Source of the DNA: Takakia lepidozioides
Lineage: Eukaryota > Plantae > Bryophyta
Length of the DNA stretch: 64,000 nucleotides
Assembly: GCA_030704615.1 (NCBI GenBank)
Contig: CM060733.1
Coordinates: 63,302,001-63,366,000, forward strand
Direction of reading: 5' to 3'
The notes beneath the pieces were generated by a model that was not told where the DNA came from, did not search any database, and saw nothing but the letters and a program-made list of their open reading frames with translations. A program made the translations under genes and the position numbers. Shown one piece after another: positions 14,001 through 26,969 of this stretch; the stretch's first letter is position 1; the number at the start of each line of letters is the position of its first letter.

Positions 14001-15648
14001 TGTACCGACTACGTTCCTACCGTCTGCTTGTTAGACAATATGAGATTCGTCTTTGTTTTTAGTACAAATCCTGCTGATTATGACATTATCGTATAGTCTG
14101 TATTATGTAAATGGTCCAGCACTGTCTATGGTGCCTGTAGTCTGCACCGACTTTAGCGTTACCGGCGCAATGTTGTTGGATGTCGGATCCTGTCGGACTT
14201 GTGGTCGGCGACAACTATGCGGTTATGTCCTACAAATTGGTCATCCACTGACTGTGTTGTCTAATAGTCTGCACCGACTATGCTTCAATGTTGTCTTGTA
14301 CATGTGTACTGCAGGATCTGGAGCTAGAAGAGAACGCTGCAATGCCAAATGTGAACATGTCCGAGGCCGTGCATGCGAGCTGGCAGGCCGGGAGCGGTGT
14401 ATCGAAGGTCGACCTCTACACAACTACCAGGAACAACTTGACGAGGGCAATTATGCAATCGTGTGACTACCACAGTTATCTGAAGGGTGGAACAAAGGGT
14501 TCCGGACCCGACCGGGCATCACTGCTAGCTCGTGCTGCATCGCGATTGTCTGATCCAGCAAAAATGGCAGAAGCGGTCAGGTCTTTCATAGATGGCACTG
14601 AGCTTCATGGACGAAATCCAGGGCTGGAGGGTGATCTCCTAACTCGCACAACAAAACGGAAGATTGTTATCGGCAACTTACACGAAGAGGAACCCCTTCA
14701 CTCCTGGAGGTCTGACTTAAACCTCCGAACTCACCGAGGCGTCGTGAAGGTGTTGGTGGACCAAGAGTGTCCACATGCACTACTGACATGTCCGTGGAGA
14801 CTTTGGAGGATGATCTTCCAGTTCAGAACAAAAAGCCAGTTTTGGAGTCGGCTGTATCCACGGCATGCTGGCACATAGCACAAACTTCTAACACATCACG
14901 GGTGAAGAGTTGGGCTGTGCGCTCTGATAGTGGGAAGCCATGCAAACAGGAAATCAGGCCACTCCAGAGTTTGGGAGTTTTGGCTCCGAGGTTTGTTGGT
15001 CGGCACCACCCTCCTGCCCTGGTGAAGCCTAAGATGATGGAGATTTGGCACTGCCCAACAGACATCGTCTACTGTGTTGGTGGCGATTCGAGCCAGTATG
15101 TGCTGGACAGACCTGATATTCTAGACGTTTGGCCTGTGATGGTTGGGACGAACCTAAGTCAGGCAGATGTGGACTCTTTCACAGAAGCAGGCTTTCGACT
15201 TGTTCCCCCAGATGACGTGGGTAATTCCCAAGGTGAATGGGACTGTGTTGCGGAAGATATCAAAAATCTGGACTCGTACGCGACAAAAAGGTGGGACAGT
15301 GTATACCGGCGGAAGAAACGGTCAGCAATCGCTCGTAAGAAGATGGAGTTAGCTCAATCTTTGCAGGCCACGGTGCAATCATTCAAGGATGTTCCTCGCC
15401 CGGGAATTGGACGTGTGTACACACTGTGCACACCGGGATCAGCAAAAGCAGGGGAGGTGTACAATGTTTGCATCTCTAGAAGTCCGGAGTGCACATGCCC
15501 TGATTTTGACAAAATAAAGAAAGCAAAATGACCCTACACCCACTGCAAGCACTCATACTATATTATGCTACGACGTTTGAAGATGCGGGAAGACTAGGAG
15601 GTCATCGATTACGCAACTCTGACAATATCTGAAGTCAGGGGTATGTAA
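11070..15648 (+). pseudogene. MULE-type DDE transposase of element 1 (N-terminal Cys/His Zn domain, DDE core, SWIM finger), disrupted; intron 13335-14314
   Basis: WIMFD, FMADNA, CGFHW (CxxH), NMSEAVHASW and C-terminal CTCPDF...CKH (SWIM). GT..AG intron at the same position as in elements 2 and 3. Several stops and frameshifts. Confidence 0.85.
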
Positions 15649-15834
15649 GTTCATGATCCATGTCATTGGGTCCCATAGAGCCATAGTGGATATCTTGCAT
15701 GTTTGGAATCTTTGTAGTTTGTGCCGACTACAAAGTGCGTGACAACTTGGATTATTTTGTGAACTCCAACTCTTTCCACGGATAAGGTCTTCTTTTAACA
15801 GGTTTCGAAACATGGACTTGCTTGAAATATTCAT

Positions 15835-17270
15835 AGTCTGTGCCGACTACACAGTGTATGACCATTTGGATGAATTAGTTAACTCCAACTATTTGCTCAG
15901 ATGAGCCCATTTTTCAACTACCACTTTTTTGCAATCAAATATGAGTCCATATCCATCTTCTTTGACTTAATTCTTGTAGTCTGTGCCGACTATAAAGTGT
16001 AAGACCATTCGGATAAATTTTTAACTCCAACTCAGTGCTCAGATGAGCTCATTTTTCAACTACCACTTTTTTGCAATCAAATATGACTCCATATCCATCT
16101 TCTTTCACTTAATTCTTCTAGTCTGTGCCGACTATAAAGTGTATGACCGTTTGGATAAATTATTAACTCCAACTCTTTGCTCAGATGAACTCGTTTTTCA
16201 ACCACCATTTTTTTGCAATCAAATATGACTCCATATCCATCTTCTTTCACTTAATTCTTGTAGTTTGTGCCGACTATAAAGTGTATGACCATTCGGATAA
16301 ATTATTAACTCCAACTCAGTGCTCAGATGAGCTCATTTTTTAACCACCATTTTTTTGAAATCAAATATGACTCCATATCTATCTTCTTTCACTTAATTCT
16401 TGTAGTCTGTGTCGACTATAAAGTGTATGACCATTTGGATAAATTATTAACTCCAACTCTTTGCTCAGATGTGCTCGTTTTTCAACCACCATTTTTTTGC
16501 AATCAAATATGACTCCATATCCATCTTCTTTCACTTAATTCTTATAGTCTGTGCCGACTATATAGTGTATGACCATTCGGATAAATTATTAACTCCAACT
16601 CAGTGCTCAGATGAGCTCATTTTTCAACCACCACTTTTTTGAAATCAAATATGACTCCATATCCATCTTCTTTCACTTAATTCTTGTAGTTTGTGCCGAC
16701 TATAAAGTGTATGACCATTCGGATAAATTATTAACTCCAACTCAGTGCTCAGATGAGCTCATTTTTTAACCACCATTTTTTTGAAATCAAATATGACTCC
16801 ATATCTATCTTCTTTCACTTAATTCTTGTAGTCTGTGTCGACTATAAAGTGTATGACCATTTGGATAAATTATTAACTCCAACTCTTTGCTCAGATGTGC
16901 TCGTTTTTCAACCACCATTTTTTTGCAATCAAATATGATTCCATATCCATCTTCTTTCACTTAATTCTTATAGTCTGTGCCGACTATATAGTGTATGACC
17001 ATTCGGATAAATTATTAACTCCAACTCAGTGCTCAGATGAGCTCATTTTTCAACCACCACTTTTTTGAAATCAAATATGACTCCATATCCATCTTCTTTC
17101 ACTTAATTCTTGTAGTCTGTGTCGACTATAAAGTGCATGACCATTTGGATAAATTATTAACTCCAACTTTTTGCTCAGATTAGCTCATTTTTCAACTATC
17201 ACTTTTTTGCAATCAAATATGACTCCATATCCATCTTCTTTCACTTAATTCTTGTAGTCTGTGCCGACTA
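15835..17270. repeat. 142-bp tandem satellite, ~10 units, each with one TAGTCTGTGCCGACTA palindrome variant
   Basis: Unit starts at 15835, 15977, 16119 ... 17255. A 426-bp (3-unit) higher-order duplication is shown by identical ORFs at 16327 and 16753. Confidence 0.95.
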
Positions 17271-17557
17271 CAAGACATGGACTGAACAAAACAATTTAAG
17301 CACAACATTCCATTCAAAATTTTGAAAATAGTAGCCAAAGTACAAAACGTCAAAGAGGTACAATTTCTTTTTATTCTTGATGGTCATTGCCGACCTCAAT
17401 GATCATTGCCTCCTTTATCCACTTCTATGTCATGACGTACATATAAGTTTTCTTTCTGCAGTACATGTCCAGCAACAAAAGAACGATGCACTGTTTGCCA
17501 AGATTATCCAGTAGAGGGCGAGTCAATCTGTATTATCAGTGGGTGCGGCCATTTTTT

Positions 17558-17982
17558 TCACTCTATATGCATTGAAGGGTGGCTGCTTCGAAACGGGTCA
17601 TGCCCTGTTTGCCGCAATAGGATTTGAGACATTGTAACAAACTCCATTGAATGCATTTCAATGATTTCCATGCTTGCCCCTGTCCATCGCAAGTCATCCT
17701 CTTCATGTACCTCCATCTCCCCACCTTCCCCATTAATGTCCATGTGCTCATCTTCATCATCATCGTTGTCGTCGTCGGAATCCGCAGTGGAGTCCCCTGC
17801 TGAAGGGCCATTCCCATTGACGGTCTGCTGAACCACCATTGCCTCATCATTTTCGTGCTTGGCAAGGCACTCGGCGATATCGTCCGTAGATGGAGCCCAC
17901 CATGAAGTCGATGTAGGCATATCCTCCCCATTTCCACTGACACCACTACTGCTTGCGCCTACATTGGAAGAGCTCGCGTCCA
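17558..17982 (-). CDS. Orphan acidic ORF/exon inside element 1 near its right end
   Basis: MDASSSNVG... with a D/E-rich stretch; coding-like but no recognisable domain. Confidence 0.35.
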
Positions 17983-18982
17983 TCTTATCTAAGAACGGAC
18001 TATCCAAAAACACAACTAATTGGTATAGAAAGTGACCCCAAACAATGTGCTTGTAGTCGTTGCAGACTACAAGTGACAGCCAGCCGAAAAAACTGCTGTC
18101 TTTGACAAAAGGAAGTAGGTGTTGAACTGCAGCCCTGCTGTTGAAAGAGAAAGTGGCAGAGAGCAATGTGCTTGTAGTCGGTGCAGACTACAAGTAGCCA
18201 TGTACGCTTCGTCGTTTTTGCTCGAGACAAAACCTGGTAGGTGTCGAACAACATATCATATATTATTTTGGAGCTTTTGGTTGTTTCAAAATAAGTTTTT
18301 TAATGTCGTTGTACCTACCATGCCACCGTCCACTTTCCACCTGGCCGATATTTTTTCCTTCTATTTTGTTTTTAGCCGTTTGCACTTCCAATATCATCGT
18401 GGGACGTGCCAGAAGAATCTTCTGTTTATATTTGTAATGGATGATATCCTCTGCATGATCAGTTTCGTTCTCTTTAGGTCTCGAGTTCAACTTCCTGTGC
18501 ATGCCATAAACAAGGGTGCCTGCATGTTACAGTGCTGATTCAGGGCTCAAATCTCATTCCTGCCATTTTTATTAATTAACAATATGCAATCTCACACATT
18601 TGAATTACTTGCTCATACTAACTACACTTCATGTCTTCCATTATTTTTTATAGAATTTTTTTTATAGTGTACCTATTCCCGCGGACTTTCTACCGTGCCC
18701 CTATTATTACGGGTATTTGCCCCCAGACCTCTCGGCCCAGAGTTTGTAATCGGCAACGACTACATAGGTTCGGCAACTACCAAACCTAATTTTGAGTAAC
18801 CGAACCTACGGAATGTTGCACTTACTGATGGTGCTCCTGCCCTTTTTCAACTTCAAATGCTGTCGGAATTGCGGTTGGAAATCCAAATATAGAGGAATAT
18901 TCCATGGATATTCGGCTGCTCATGCTTAATTCTGCTCATGCTCATGCTCACTGCTCATGCAAAGTACACACCCAGAATTTTG

Positions 18983-20780
18983 TAGCAGAGGCTTTGTCTA
19001 CAGCTGAAGGATTGTTGGAATTGAGGGTAAGGAACTGGCGCATGGTTTCCTCATATGATTTTGGGTCCTCTTTAACCAACCGGGGTCGAATGGATCCCCA
19101 AACTTCCCATATGGCTCTCTATAAAGGGGAACCACTGGATTTGTGCCTGAAACCCTATGTGATCCATCTGAGAGATGGGCTCCATGTTTTGGTTTTGAGA
19201 GGGGAACTTTTGAGAATGTGGTGATAAACCAGATGCTTCCACCATCCGCCTTCAGGCCCTAGAAGCCTTACTATCCATTTACCCAGGAGAGCCGATATTT
19301 GGGTTCCTGGATCAATGATCTCCAAGCCACCTTTCTTTTTTGGAAGACAAATATGGGCCCAAGAGACTGCTAGTCTAGGGTTCCTAGCATCTGAATCTGC
19401 TCCCCATATAAAGTTACGGATGGTTTTTTGGATCTCTTTGATCTGTGGAGCTGAGGGACTCCAAACAGAAGCAAAGTACCATATGCTGGCTAGAAGAATT
19501 TGGTTGGCTACCAGAGCCCTCCCAGTAATTGAAATGATGACGGGAACCCCAGTAAACAAGTTTCTTTTTGAGTTTGACTATGACATGGCCCAACCTCTGG
19601 TCGTCTGAAAGGTTAATCCCAAATGGGTGCCCAAGTAGGGTAGTTACTTCACCATGTTGAAGCCAGTTGAGACCCAGATTTCCCCCCCAATTGGGGCTGA
19701 ACCCAACAGGAATGGTGGTTGTGTCCCTAGCTAGAATGGCAACTGTTTTTGCCCACTTCAAGTCTTTGATCTGGGTTTGAATTTGGAGCCCACTTATATT
19801 TGGGTTACTGTCTAAGAGATATCCGAGAGAGTCCGCTACTATAAGGAAGAGGAATGGAGCCAATGGGCATCCTTGACGAACTGATCTTTGAAGGTCAAAT
19901 TCTTTAGAGATGAACCCATTCACGTAACCCTACTGGATGCGTTGAGGAGAAGTATTTCAACCCAGTGACAAAAGTCTTTTGAGAGCCCTGTTTTTTGGAT
20001 TGTCGCAAACAACATTGGCCATTCCACCTTATCAAACGCTTTTTCAAAATCCAGAAGAAGCATGGCTATGTGTAGCCTGGTGGATTCTGCATAGATTGGG
20101 GTCTCTTGTGCCAGCAAAATATTGTCCGGGATATATCTTCCTTTGATGAACCCAGCTTGACCAGGCCTTATGATGGTTGGGAGAAGAGGCTGTAGGCGAA
20201 GGGCCAATGTCTTTGCAATGATCTTGTATGAAACATTGAGCAATGATATAGGCCTGTAGTTGGAAATCTGCTTTATGTCCCCCTTTTTTAAGAGAAGAGT
20301 AATTACTCCCTAAGCCATTTGTCTTGGCATTGATCATTTTCTTTTGATCTCATTTGCCATTGCACAGAAGTCTTTGGATAATACCTTCCAGAGGGCGCTG
20401 TAAAATTCTACAGGCATGCCATCTATGCCTGGAGATTTGCGATCGGACATCAACTTCAAAGCTTTTGAGAGCTCAGTTTTAGTGAACTCCCCATCCAAAG
20501 AGACAGCGCCTGTTTGGGTGAGATTCGTTTGATGATTGCGCAGGCAAGTTTCTTTGGCTGCAGTAATGCTTTGCGAGTCTGGTCTTTGTTTGAAAAGCCC
20601 TGCAAAGTGAGAGTGCGCCATTGAAACCATTTGTTTGGGATCCGAGGAAAGATGACCTAATGGGTCCTGCAACTTTGAGATAATATGGGAAAGTTCTACG
20701 AACTTGGACTTTTTCAAAGAAGTATTTCGACATTCTTTCCCCCTTTGTAGCCCAATTGATACCAGCCTGCAGTTTAAACT
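18983..20780 (-). mobile_element. L1-like LINE ORF2 reverse-transcriptase region, degenerate
   Basis: KSPGIDGMPVEFY, LLNVSYKIIAK, LLDFEKAFDKV, VRQGCPLAPFLF and ANQILLASIWY. The YADD segment is deleted; frameshifts present. Confidence 0.9.
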
Positions 20781-21295
20781 TCTCCCTTCTTCTTGGGGAG
20801 GCAGATTTGTCTCCATGAAACTTGGGGTCTCTTGAGCACCCCAGATGAAGTTCTTTATGCATCTTTTGACGTCCTTGATGAACTCAGAGTTAGGACCCCA
20901 TGTGGAGGCAAAGTACCATATCCCTGACATGAGAATCTGGTTTGCATTGAGCGCTCTACTTGTAATGGAGAGGAAACATTATCCCCAATATGCAAGTTTC
21001 TGCTTGAGCTTGGTAATGGTGGGTCCCATCCTCTGTTCGTCAGTGAGATCCTTTCTGAAAGTATGTCCTAGAAGGGTTGTGGGCTCTCCTGGCTTCAGCC
21101 AGACCAGGCCAAAATTGTTTCCCCACGAGGGGATAGCTCCAATAGCATATTTGCAGGAGTCACCCACAAGGGGAGCTTTGGTTTTGGACCAGTTCACTCT
21201 AAATCCAGAGACCTCGCACAACCGAGTGAGAGTTTCCTCAGCTGCCCGTAGGGTGGATGGGGTGGCATTGAGTAGCAAGAATGTATCGTCCACAA
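20781..21295 (-). mobile_element. Second related LINE fragment (RT C-terminal part), fused upstream of the first
   Basis: VDDTFLL...SGFRVNWSKT...KLKQKLAYWG...SGIWYFASTW is paralogous to 19400-19760. Confidence 0.75.
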
Positions 21296-21514
21296 TAATC
21301 CAGGGATGCCTCCGCGTGAGCCTGGTTGCGTGAACGCAGTCGGGCTCACGCCACGTCATCCCTGTGCTGCCGCCATGTCACCGCGCACCCATCCCGCCCT
21401 GGAGTGTATTTCCACGGAAGAGCACCCTTAACCATGGAAGCACGCACGACGACGTAATAACACAGTGTGGGCATTCCCCCCTTGTACAGTTTCTAAATAG
21501 GTCAATAGGGCAAG

Positions 21515-21680
21515 TGGATGAATGAGTGTTGAACGAAGATTGAAAACAGCAGATGGATGTAGGATGGATGAATGTAGAATGGATGATAATAAGATGGATG
21601 AGTGGGAATACTACAAAGGATGGATGAATGCATAATGGATGAATACAAAATGGATGAATGTACAATGGATGAATATGGCA
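21515..21680. repeat. Degenerate GGATGAAT-type simple repeat
   Basis: Multiple ggatgaat/ggatg units. Confidence 0.7.
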
Positions 21681-22330
21681 TGAGTGTGAGGAGTTGTTGC
21701 GATGGATTCATGAAGTTTGTCCATGAAAGCAAGTGGAAATTTGTTGGATTTTCTTCGAGTTTGGTCATGGGCTGTGGAATTTATTATACTGCTTGTTTCA
21801 TTGCACGTTATCACATTGAGCAGCAGAAGATACAGTCCAGATTTCTGACTTATTCCACTACAGATCATTGGACCTTACCTGTGGTGCCGCATCATACGTA
21901 TTTATATGATGTGAAAATCATGTTACAGAGGGATTCACAACTCCGTTCATGGTTTAACAGGGCCTGGAACAACTTGAGCAACGAAAAACGACATATTGAC
22001 GACATTTTTAATAAGGAACAGACAGCTTGGCAATACCTATACTGCTCCAAAGTCACTGGCACACCTCTCACCTACACTGAGAAGGAATTGTTGAAGTTCA
22101 ATCAACTTGCTTTCAACAGGTTACACAACGTTGTGAAGCTTAAGGTTCCTGACATGGTGGGGCCACACTGTATGCCAATTTTCATTCCAGAGAAACCAAA
22201 AAAGGCAAGAAAACCAAAAAACTGCAGGACTGAAACAGATTCGGACACAACAGCTGAATCTTTAGAACAAACTCTTGACGTATGGGAGGAATATGATCAA
22301 GCACTGCACGACAAGAAACGACGGGGATAG
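21602..22330 (+). CDS. Unknown ORF in the 3' internal region of an LTR retrotransposon
   Basis: 242-aa open frame ending ~110 bp before a polypurine tract and LTR; the N-terminus is repeat-derived. Confidence 0.4.
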   Translation: MGILQRMDECIMDEYKMDECTMDEYGMSVRSCCDGFMKFVHESKWKFVGFSSSLVMGCGIYYTACFIARYHIEQQKIQSRFLTYSTTDHWTLPVVPHHTYLYDVKIMLQRDSQLRSWFNRAWNNLSNEKRHIDDIFNKEQTAWQYLYCSKVTGTPLTYTEKELLKFNQLAFNRLHNVVKLKVPDMVGPHCMPIFIPEKPKKARKPKNCRTETDSDTTAESLEQTLDVWEEYDQALHDKKRRG

Positions 22331-22456
22331 AACTGGGGCACGTACAGAGAGCCCTCCAAGGCACTCTCACAAACAGACAGGACCACGTTCACAAAGATTT
22401 ACTGATCCTAAGCAGTAAACCGTGAGGACACGGCTTTTTGAGAGGGGAAGGGATAA

Positions 22457-23199
22457 TGTTAGGAGGCAGTCTGGGACTTAGGCATTTTTATGGGTTCTGT
22501 GGAGTTGGACTTAGACACTTCTATGGGTTCTGAGGGGTACCCTTAATTTTTTAAGACAGCCCGTCACAGCCATACACAGCCCGACACAGTCACAGCCCGT
22601 CATAGCCATACACAGCCCGACATAGTCACAGCCCGTCACAGCCATACACAGCCCATCACAGCCATACACAGCCCGTCACAGTCAGTCACAGCCCGTCACA
22701 GTCACAGCCCGACACAGCCGTCACAGTCTGACACAGCTGTCACAGTCGTAGGGAACAGTTATTATGACATGGAACGACTGTAGGGAACAACATCTGCCGG
22801 GGAACATGTAATTCACGGAGGACGGTTAGTGAAAGAAAACGGTTAGAACAGGGGAGAAGGGATAAAGCGAGCAACGGAGACGAGAGGGGGGCACTTCTGG
22901 GGGGGAGACTTCGTACATCACTGGGGGAAAGGAGGAGAGAGCGTATCTCTGAGCAGAAAGATGGAGAGCACGGAATAGGAAGAGGATCTGTCGATGCTTA
23001 ATGATAGCAAACAATAAAATTATAATGTAGAGCAGATTAGAGACTCCAGGACTTTAGCCTGATACTTGATAAATATTAATCTGATACACACTTCATACTC
23101 ACACTGTGTAGAGGGATCTGAGTGAAGCTGCGGAATGAATGGATGAGTTGATGGAACAAACTGATACCTAATTACCAGCAGTAAGGTAACTAGCTAACA
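22457..23199 (+). mobile_element. 3' LTR (TGTTAG...CTAACA) preceded by a polypurine tract
   Basis: GAGAGGGGAAGGGATAA immediately before TGTTAG. Inverted 6-bp termini. Internal CACAGCC(C/A) minisatellite at 22555-22750. Confidence 0.7.
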
Positions 23200-23959
23200 T
23201 GAATGCGGGAAGGAAAACAAATAGGAAACACCCCCATGATACACTAGCTGTAGGTCATGACTGATTGTTCTGAGCGGGCTGAGTACTTAGAGATTTCCAA
23301 CTCTTCTATCTTGGAGTTTCCGCCTCGGATAGCGAAGGGATGGGTGAGGAGAAGCCGCGCGACAGAAGAGCATGCTTTTATGCTCATTCCCTGCAGTCAA
23401 AAGTTCAGTGACTTGTGTAGCACTACTCAGTGCCTGCCAAAATTGGGCCAACTTGCATCTCTCCCATATCATCTGTCACAATCCATGAGATGCAACCTCG
23501 AGTCAGATGAAGGTGCATAGATTTGGTGTGAATGTGCCCATGAACAACCTGAAAAGCTATTAACTCCTTCAACATGGTGCCTGCCTCAGACCAGTACCTT
23601 GAAAAATGATGATCCTCAATGAGCTGATTCATTGCTAGAATCTTAGTCCGAGTGGCCACTGGCAACCAAATGCGCATTATTTGGTAATAGTGTGGAAAGG
23701 ATTGTGGAGGACCAAATTGATTCCACGCCAAATCCAAGCTATGTGGAATTTCATTGAAGGGCATGATCATTGCTCGGTTGTATTCCCGTGCAGCATGAGT
23801 CTTGGGTGGTTTGAAAGCAGCATTTCCCCATACCTCAGGCCGTGCATCTGCTGTCATAGGAGATTCAATAACCTGTACAGCCATCTGTTGTGAAACTGGT
23901 TCTATTGGTGTTTCCACCATTGGCATCCCTTGTCCGGAGAACTTCAAAGCCAGACGACT

Positions 23960-25810
23960 TAAGGTATGATGCCAATGCTCGATGATTCTCTTGTCGCATG
24001 ACTGAAATAGCAAAAGAGTCCCTGCATCTGAAAGAAAATTATTGCAGAACCCGAACACCCAATTCCAGTAGTTGTCATCGAATTTGTTCCAGGTTGGCGT
24101 CTTGTTTTTTGGAGGAACGTCGGGAACAGCCTGGCCGTCCGGGATATCTAGAATGACCATGTCAGCGACAAAGGTTTTTTGCACACCGCAGACGAAGGAG
24201 GGCCCAGTGCTCACCTGCGACAGATATGTTCAATTTGAGAACCAACGAAAAGGATGGTGCAACAGAAACTAAGATTACTACTGGCAGCGACTATCTCAAA
24301 GGCACCCAGACATAAAAGATATATTCTCACTAGATTAAGGAAGGAGATCATATTATCCCAAGTCGACGAGGGCACCCCCGAGTACCTCTTTTTCCGAGTC
24401 TGCATCATCGCCAACCATCCCTCATTGACATTCTTAATCTCCCCTGGCAAGTCCGCACAAGAAGGGTGTGGTCTGGCATCAAAAACGCACTCAATAGTCC
24501 GGGTATACCTCCCAACGGTGATGTTTTTATCGCTGTCGTTCTCTTTTTCCTTCTCTTTTTCCTTCTCCTTCGCCTTCTCTTTCTCCTTTGTCTTGGCAGG
24601 GGACTTGGCGCCAGCCTCCGAACCCTTTGCATCCTTATCTTTCACCTTGCACCCACCCTTTTTGCCCTTCTGAGGCATTCCTTGCGCGTCCGGTTCCTTC
24701 GCGGCCAATGCAGCTACATTTTTCTGGTACTCCTCGTTGTTCAGAGGCGCCAACATCTCCGCATGGTTGTTCAAATATTTCATTTGCTGTTCTTGAAACG
24801 TCGTGTGCTCAGGAGGGCAGTCGAGGTACCAACCACGTCCTTGAAGTGGGCTGGACTCCTTGTTATCTCCGGACTCACTTTTGTGCTTTTACCATTTGTA
24901 TCCTTTAGTAACACGTAGAAAACTTGTACTCCCAGTCTGTATCCGTACACGAAATCGGTTTCCAACTTGGTAATGTCCAGCGAAAGGGGAGGATGCACAA
25001 CAGGCATAGAGATCATTTGGCAGAGAGGGATTTCAAGACGTCCTCCAAGGACCAACATGTCCCTAATAACCCCTCGGGAGTTTACCTTCTGATATGACAT
25101 GAGTTCCTTCGCCTTGTCAAGGTAGTGCGCTTCAGGTTCATCTGACTCTTTGCTGTCCGTGGAACTCTTCACAACGTCTTCACCTTCTCCAGATCCCTTT
25201 GCTTCTGTTCCACCTTGCTTTGTCTTAGCATTTTTCTGCATGACCCCATAGGCCCAAACATTAGCTGTTGTGCAGCAAATAGGCATGTTGAAACTACGAT
25301 GATCGGCACCGATCATCACTTTTTATTTGTTCAAATGATTCTGCAAGGCAGTATCTTTGCCAGTAAAGTGCCTTCAATTTCCAGAGGACAGCGATGGTCG
25401 GTACCAATCATCGCAATCTTTCATTGCAAAGGATTCACATGAGAGCTCCTAATCTCGGAACTTGTTCTCGCAAAGCAAACTGCTATAAAGGAAACGTGAT
25501 GATCAGTACCAATCATCACTTTCTCACTGTGCTTCTCAAACATCCAGTTCATGCCATTCTCTTTTGAAACATGAAACTGATTGTGATGATCGGTGCCGAT
25601 CATCACATTATGTGTTTGAATTCGAGTCTCCTAAGAGTTCCTAAACTTATTCTCGTTCTCAAATAGACAGCAACAATCTACCAACAGTCGTGGTCGAAAC
25701 CGTGTCTCGCTTTGTGAATGTGCATTTCTCTATCCTCTCCACAATATTCCCCAATGCAATGTTCCCGTAACCATTACAGTGAAAGCGATGATCGCCACCG
25801 ATCATCCCTT
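23960..25810 (-). mobile_element. Internally deleted remnant of a fourth MULE of the same family (cargo-gene fragments + its own palindrome array)
   Basis: RLEIPLCQMISMPVV (ParB N-part), Lys/Glu-rich linker, ADMVILDIPDG (24134-24148), and five GATGATCGG-NN-CCGATCATC copies at 25296-25806. Confidence 0.8.
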
Positions 25811-26199
25811 CCCTGTCAGGGTTATTGTTTCACTGCATTGCTTGCAGGCCGAGAGCCATCTGGTCATCGCGCTCTTTCCTTCCTAATACTATGCTCTCTC
25901 TAGGTATTCGTGTAGAACATTCAACAGCCTGTCTATCCGGTGCATTTATTGGTCCCAGATTAGTTACGGCGGTAGTACCGGACAGGTACTTTGGCGGCTC
26001 TGTTCGTCGTTTTGTGCAATGGCGCTCGCCATTGTAGTACATGTAATGCGGAGAGCTGTGCGTTTTAAGCCACGTGTTCGAGTTCAAACACTCTTCCATT
26101 TCCTTTTGGCTCCGTGGCAAATTCTCCGAGTTTGACTCCCAAACTGTTTTTTTACTTCCTGGCCACTTCGCCGTTGTTAACTCATGTCCACCTGTCACC

Positions 26200-26720
26200 G
26201 CTCTTATGGACTATGCAACCTGTGTGGCCTGTGCTGGCTGTGAGAACCCCTGTGTTCTCTCACATGACCATGCACATGAGGCATCATGGCATGCACTTCA
26301 TGCTCTGGTGGTGGTACTGGTATAGTCTGTTGCTCCTTCTCTGCTTCAAAACTCAAATCATGCTGTAATGGTCTATCATGGATACCACCATTGTGCCCCT
26401 TCAGTTTGTTGGCATTAACTCTACAAAGCATCTCCTTATTAATGGTCTGCAGCATTGTTGTGTTGTTATCATACATCTTCTGTATGACATAAAATACCTT
26501 CCATGGTGACTTAAGCTTCGAAGCTTTAATCTTTCCCTTCTTCTGCACCCACAGTACCAAGTCTCATGTCTTAAAAGTTTTAAGCTTGCCTTCATCAAAC
26601 CGATCTTCATTTTCATCTAAATTCTGGCCATGTTATCTGCTGCATCAGCACGAACTTCTTCTACATGATATAGTTCATGTTTTCTTACTTTGATTGAATC
26701 TTCCAATTCCATTCTCCTTC
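26200..26720 (-). pseudogene. Ty3/Gypsy integrase C-terminal fragment
   Basis: VLW...KASKLKSPW..FYVIQKMYDNNT..L...RVNANKLK resembles the GPY/F region. Confidence 0.55.
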
Positions 26721-26969
26721 CCGAGGGAAAAACAGGGTGAAATGTGTTGAAGAAGGTACCTTCATTAGCAGTGCTTGAATTTATCAATTGTGTTGCTGCT
26801 GCTGCAGCTTCCAGTTGACCATCTACCCATGCAAGTTGCTAGTAGCTATTGATTCACAGGGAATCATAAGTAATCTTGTGCCTAAAATCTGGCCACACTC
26901 TATCCCTTTGCTTCTTTTTCCCCACACATATGCAGCCATCACAGCCTCCAAACTGTCGGTGGTACCCTT

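Larger units (their letters stand above)
3175..18973 (+). mobile_element. Giant Mutator-like DNA transposon, element 1 (15,799 bp)
   Basis: 9-bp TSD AGAATTTTG at 3166-3174 and 18974-18982. Inverted ends start GGG and are followed by CATGAGC arrays. Contains a MULE transposase and a cargo gene. Host LINE frame is restored on excision. Confidence 0.92.

Noticed and set aside
16043-16938. Three near-identical 61-aa ORFs
   Set aside because: Products of the 142-bp satellite.
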